This document shows positions 62,684 to 64,000 of a stretch of DNA of 64,000 bases, one piece after another. Position numbers and translations under genes: made by a program. The stretch covers positions 327,474 through 391,473 of the forward strand of contig NMRA01000341.1 in assembly GCA_002633005.1 (NCBI GenBank). Direction: 5' to 3'. Within the stretch, counting starts at the first letter, position 1. Each line of letters starts with the position of its first letter. The stretch comes from Phoronis australis (Eukaryota; Animalia; Phoronida). Under the pieces are notes generated by a model. The model did not search any database. It saw only the letters and a list, made by a program, of their open reading frames with translations, and had not been told where the DNA came from.

Positions 62684-62827
62684 CATGGGCGGCGCACCAC
62701 AGGGGGCTGGGGGGATATAGCCCCCACTTTTGTCAGGGCTGCACCGCCCATGGTCTGTGGGCGGTGCACCACAGGGGGATACTGGGGGGCTTTAGCCCCC
62801 CACTTTTTCAGTGTCTCGCCGCCCATG
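62684..62827. mobile_element. Two tandem ~70-bp mini-TIR elements
   Basis: CATGGGCGG...CCGCCCATG (62684-62752) followed by a near copy (62756-62827). Confidence 0.6.
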
Positions 62828-63793
62828 CGTATTGATGCTTTCGCCTGAGTACACGAATCAAAAGTTAACAGTGATAATTGGACTGCTCTCAGGCTATGGC
62901 GGCACTTAATTGTCTTCGCCGGATCGGCCGCCGGGTAAACCAACTAAGGCACCCGATTGGTTATCAACGATGACTTTCGGCTTATAGACCAATCAGATAT
63001 CTAAGGCGGTTTACCCGGCTGAACCGGCGATGGCATTCACATGCAGCCTATGTTTCGCGCTGTCATGCCTCTGGGCATGCGCATTATGAAGGTGAAAGTA
63101 CTATTGGGGATATCTTCTACATGCTATAGACATAACCTAGCCAAGTATGTCAAAGACATAATGAACACGATTTCTTTTGCCAAATTTGATTCACCTCCAC
63201 ATTACATTTTTACAAAATAACTTCGAAATGTCAGTGCTTACTTATATTTAGTTCCACATGGGGGCAATTGTGTTGCAGAAAATCTTGGCGCACAAAAAGT
63301 TGGAAAGTCCAGTCTGCATCGACTGCGTTAACGGAAGTCACAGATAACGATCATACCTATTTTAAGAAATGACAACCCAAATGTCAAGACTCGAGACCCA
63401 AGCCACGTTCATTTGTTGAATTTTAACAAGATAAAAGGCAGCCTGCCAATTAAAATAAGAGTTCACAAAACGTCGTATCTTCCAAGGAATAAATAGCTAA
63501 GTACAGGGTGTCTCATAATTCCCTAAACGACTCAGTTTTAGCCGGAGAACGCCATTTACTGCTGGAAATACAAAAAATATCAAATTAATAAACAGTATCT
63601 GGTTTAAAATCTTGAAAGGTTCCATAGCCAACTTCGATCCGTCGGAGCATTGTATCTCAGAAATGGTTGATCAGACTCACATGAAGCTTGTAGATACTAT
63701 ACTTTATACCACAATATTAGCGTCAAATGGCAGATACAACCGTGTAATAACACATAAAGTTATCCCACAAGTGAGATAAAGATTTGGCGGGAA

Positions 63794-63863
63794 ACTGAGG
63801 ACGGAGTCGAACCCGGGACCCTGGAATTTGGAGGTCGCCGACTTAACCACTACACCACGCAGC
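63794..63863 (-). pseudogene. tRNA-like sequence (SINE head or tRNA pseudogene)
   Basis: A box TGGTGTAGTGG and B box GGTTCGACTCC at tRNA spacing; acceptor and anticodon stems pair poorly. Confidence 0.55.
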
Positions 63864-64000
63864 GACTGACGTCATCAAGAGTGAAAATAGAGTACTTAAA
63901 TGAGCACGCGCAATAAATTGAACGTTCAACAAACCACATTGTACTGTACTTATACGCTACGAAAAATAAGACACATAATTTCCATAAAAATGATATCTTA

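Noticed and set aside
63794-63863. Functional tRNA gene
   Set aside because: Acceptor and anticodon stems pair poorly; treated as a SINE head or pseudogene.

Overview
AT-rich, repeat-dense animal genomic DNA, probably from an invertebrate, with assembly N gaps. It is not prokaryotic, and almost all of the supplied ORF track is spurious. I reconstructed one complete 11-exon SEC14L2-type gene (CRAL-TRIO + GOLD) on the + strand at 10456..31356, giving 393 aa. The first two exons of a diverged tandem paralog follow at 59139..59201 and 61592..61661. Introns and intergenic DNA hold many transposon relics: two Penelope-like ends with hammerhead-like motifs, an Academ-like nuclease relic, two ISL2EU-like THAP elements, hAT-like MITEs with 5- and 6-bp target-site duplications (TSDs), Mutator-like MITEs with 9-10-bp TSDs, nested Helentron-associated (DINE-1-like) elements, tRNA-derived SINEs and a probable Gypsy LTR fragment. 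The main unexplained signal is three dispersed, decayed minus-strand copies of a coding motif I do not recognise (EI-x3/4-..Y.E..F..(VK)GLI(R/Q)FS) that differ largely by synonymous codons. All family names come from motif recognition, not database searches.
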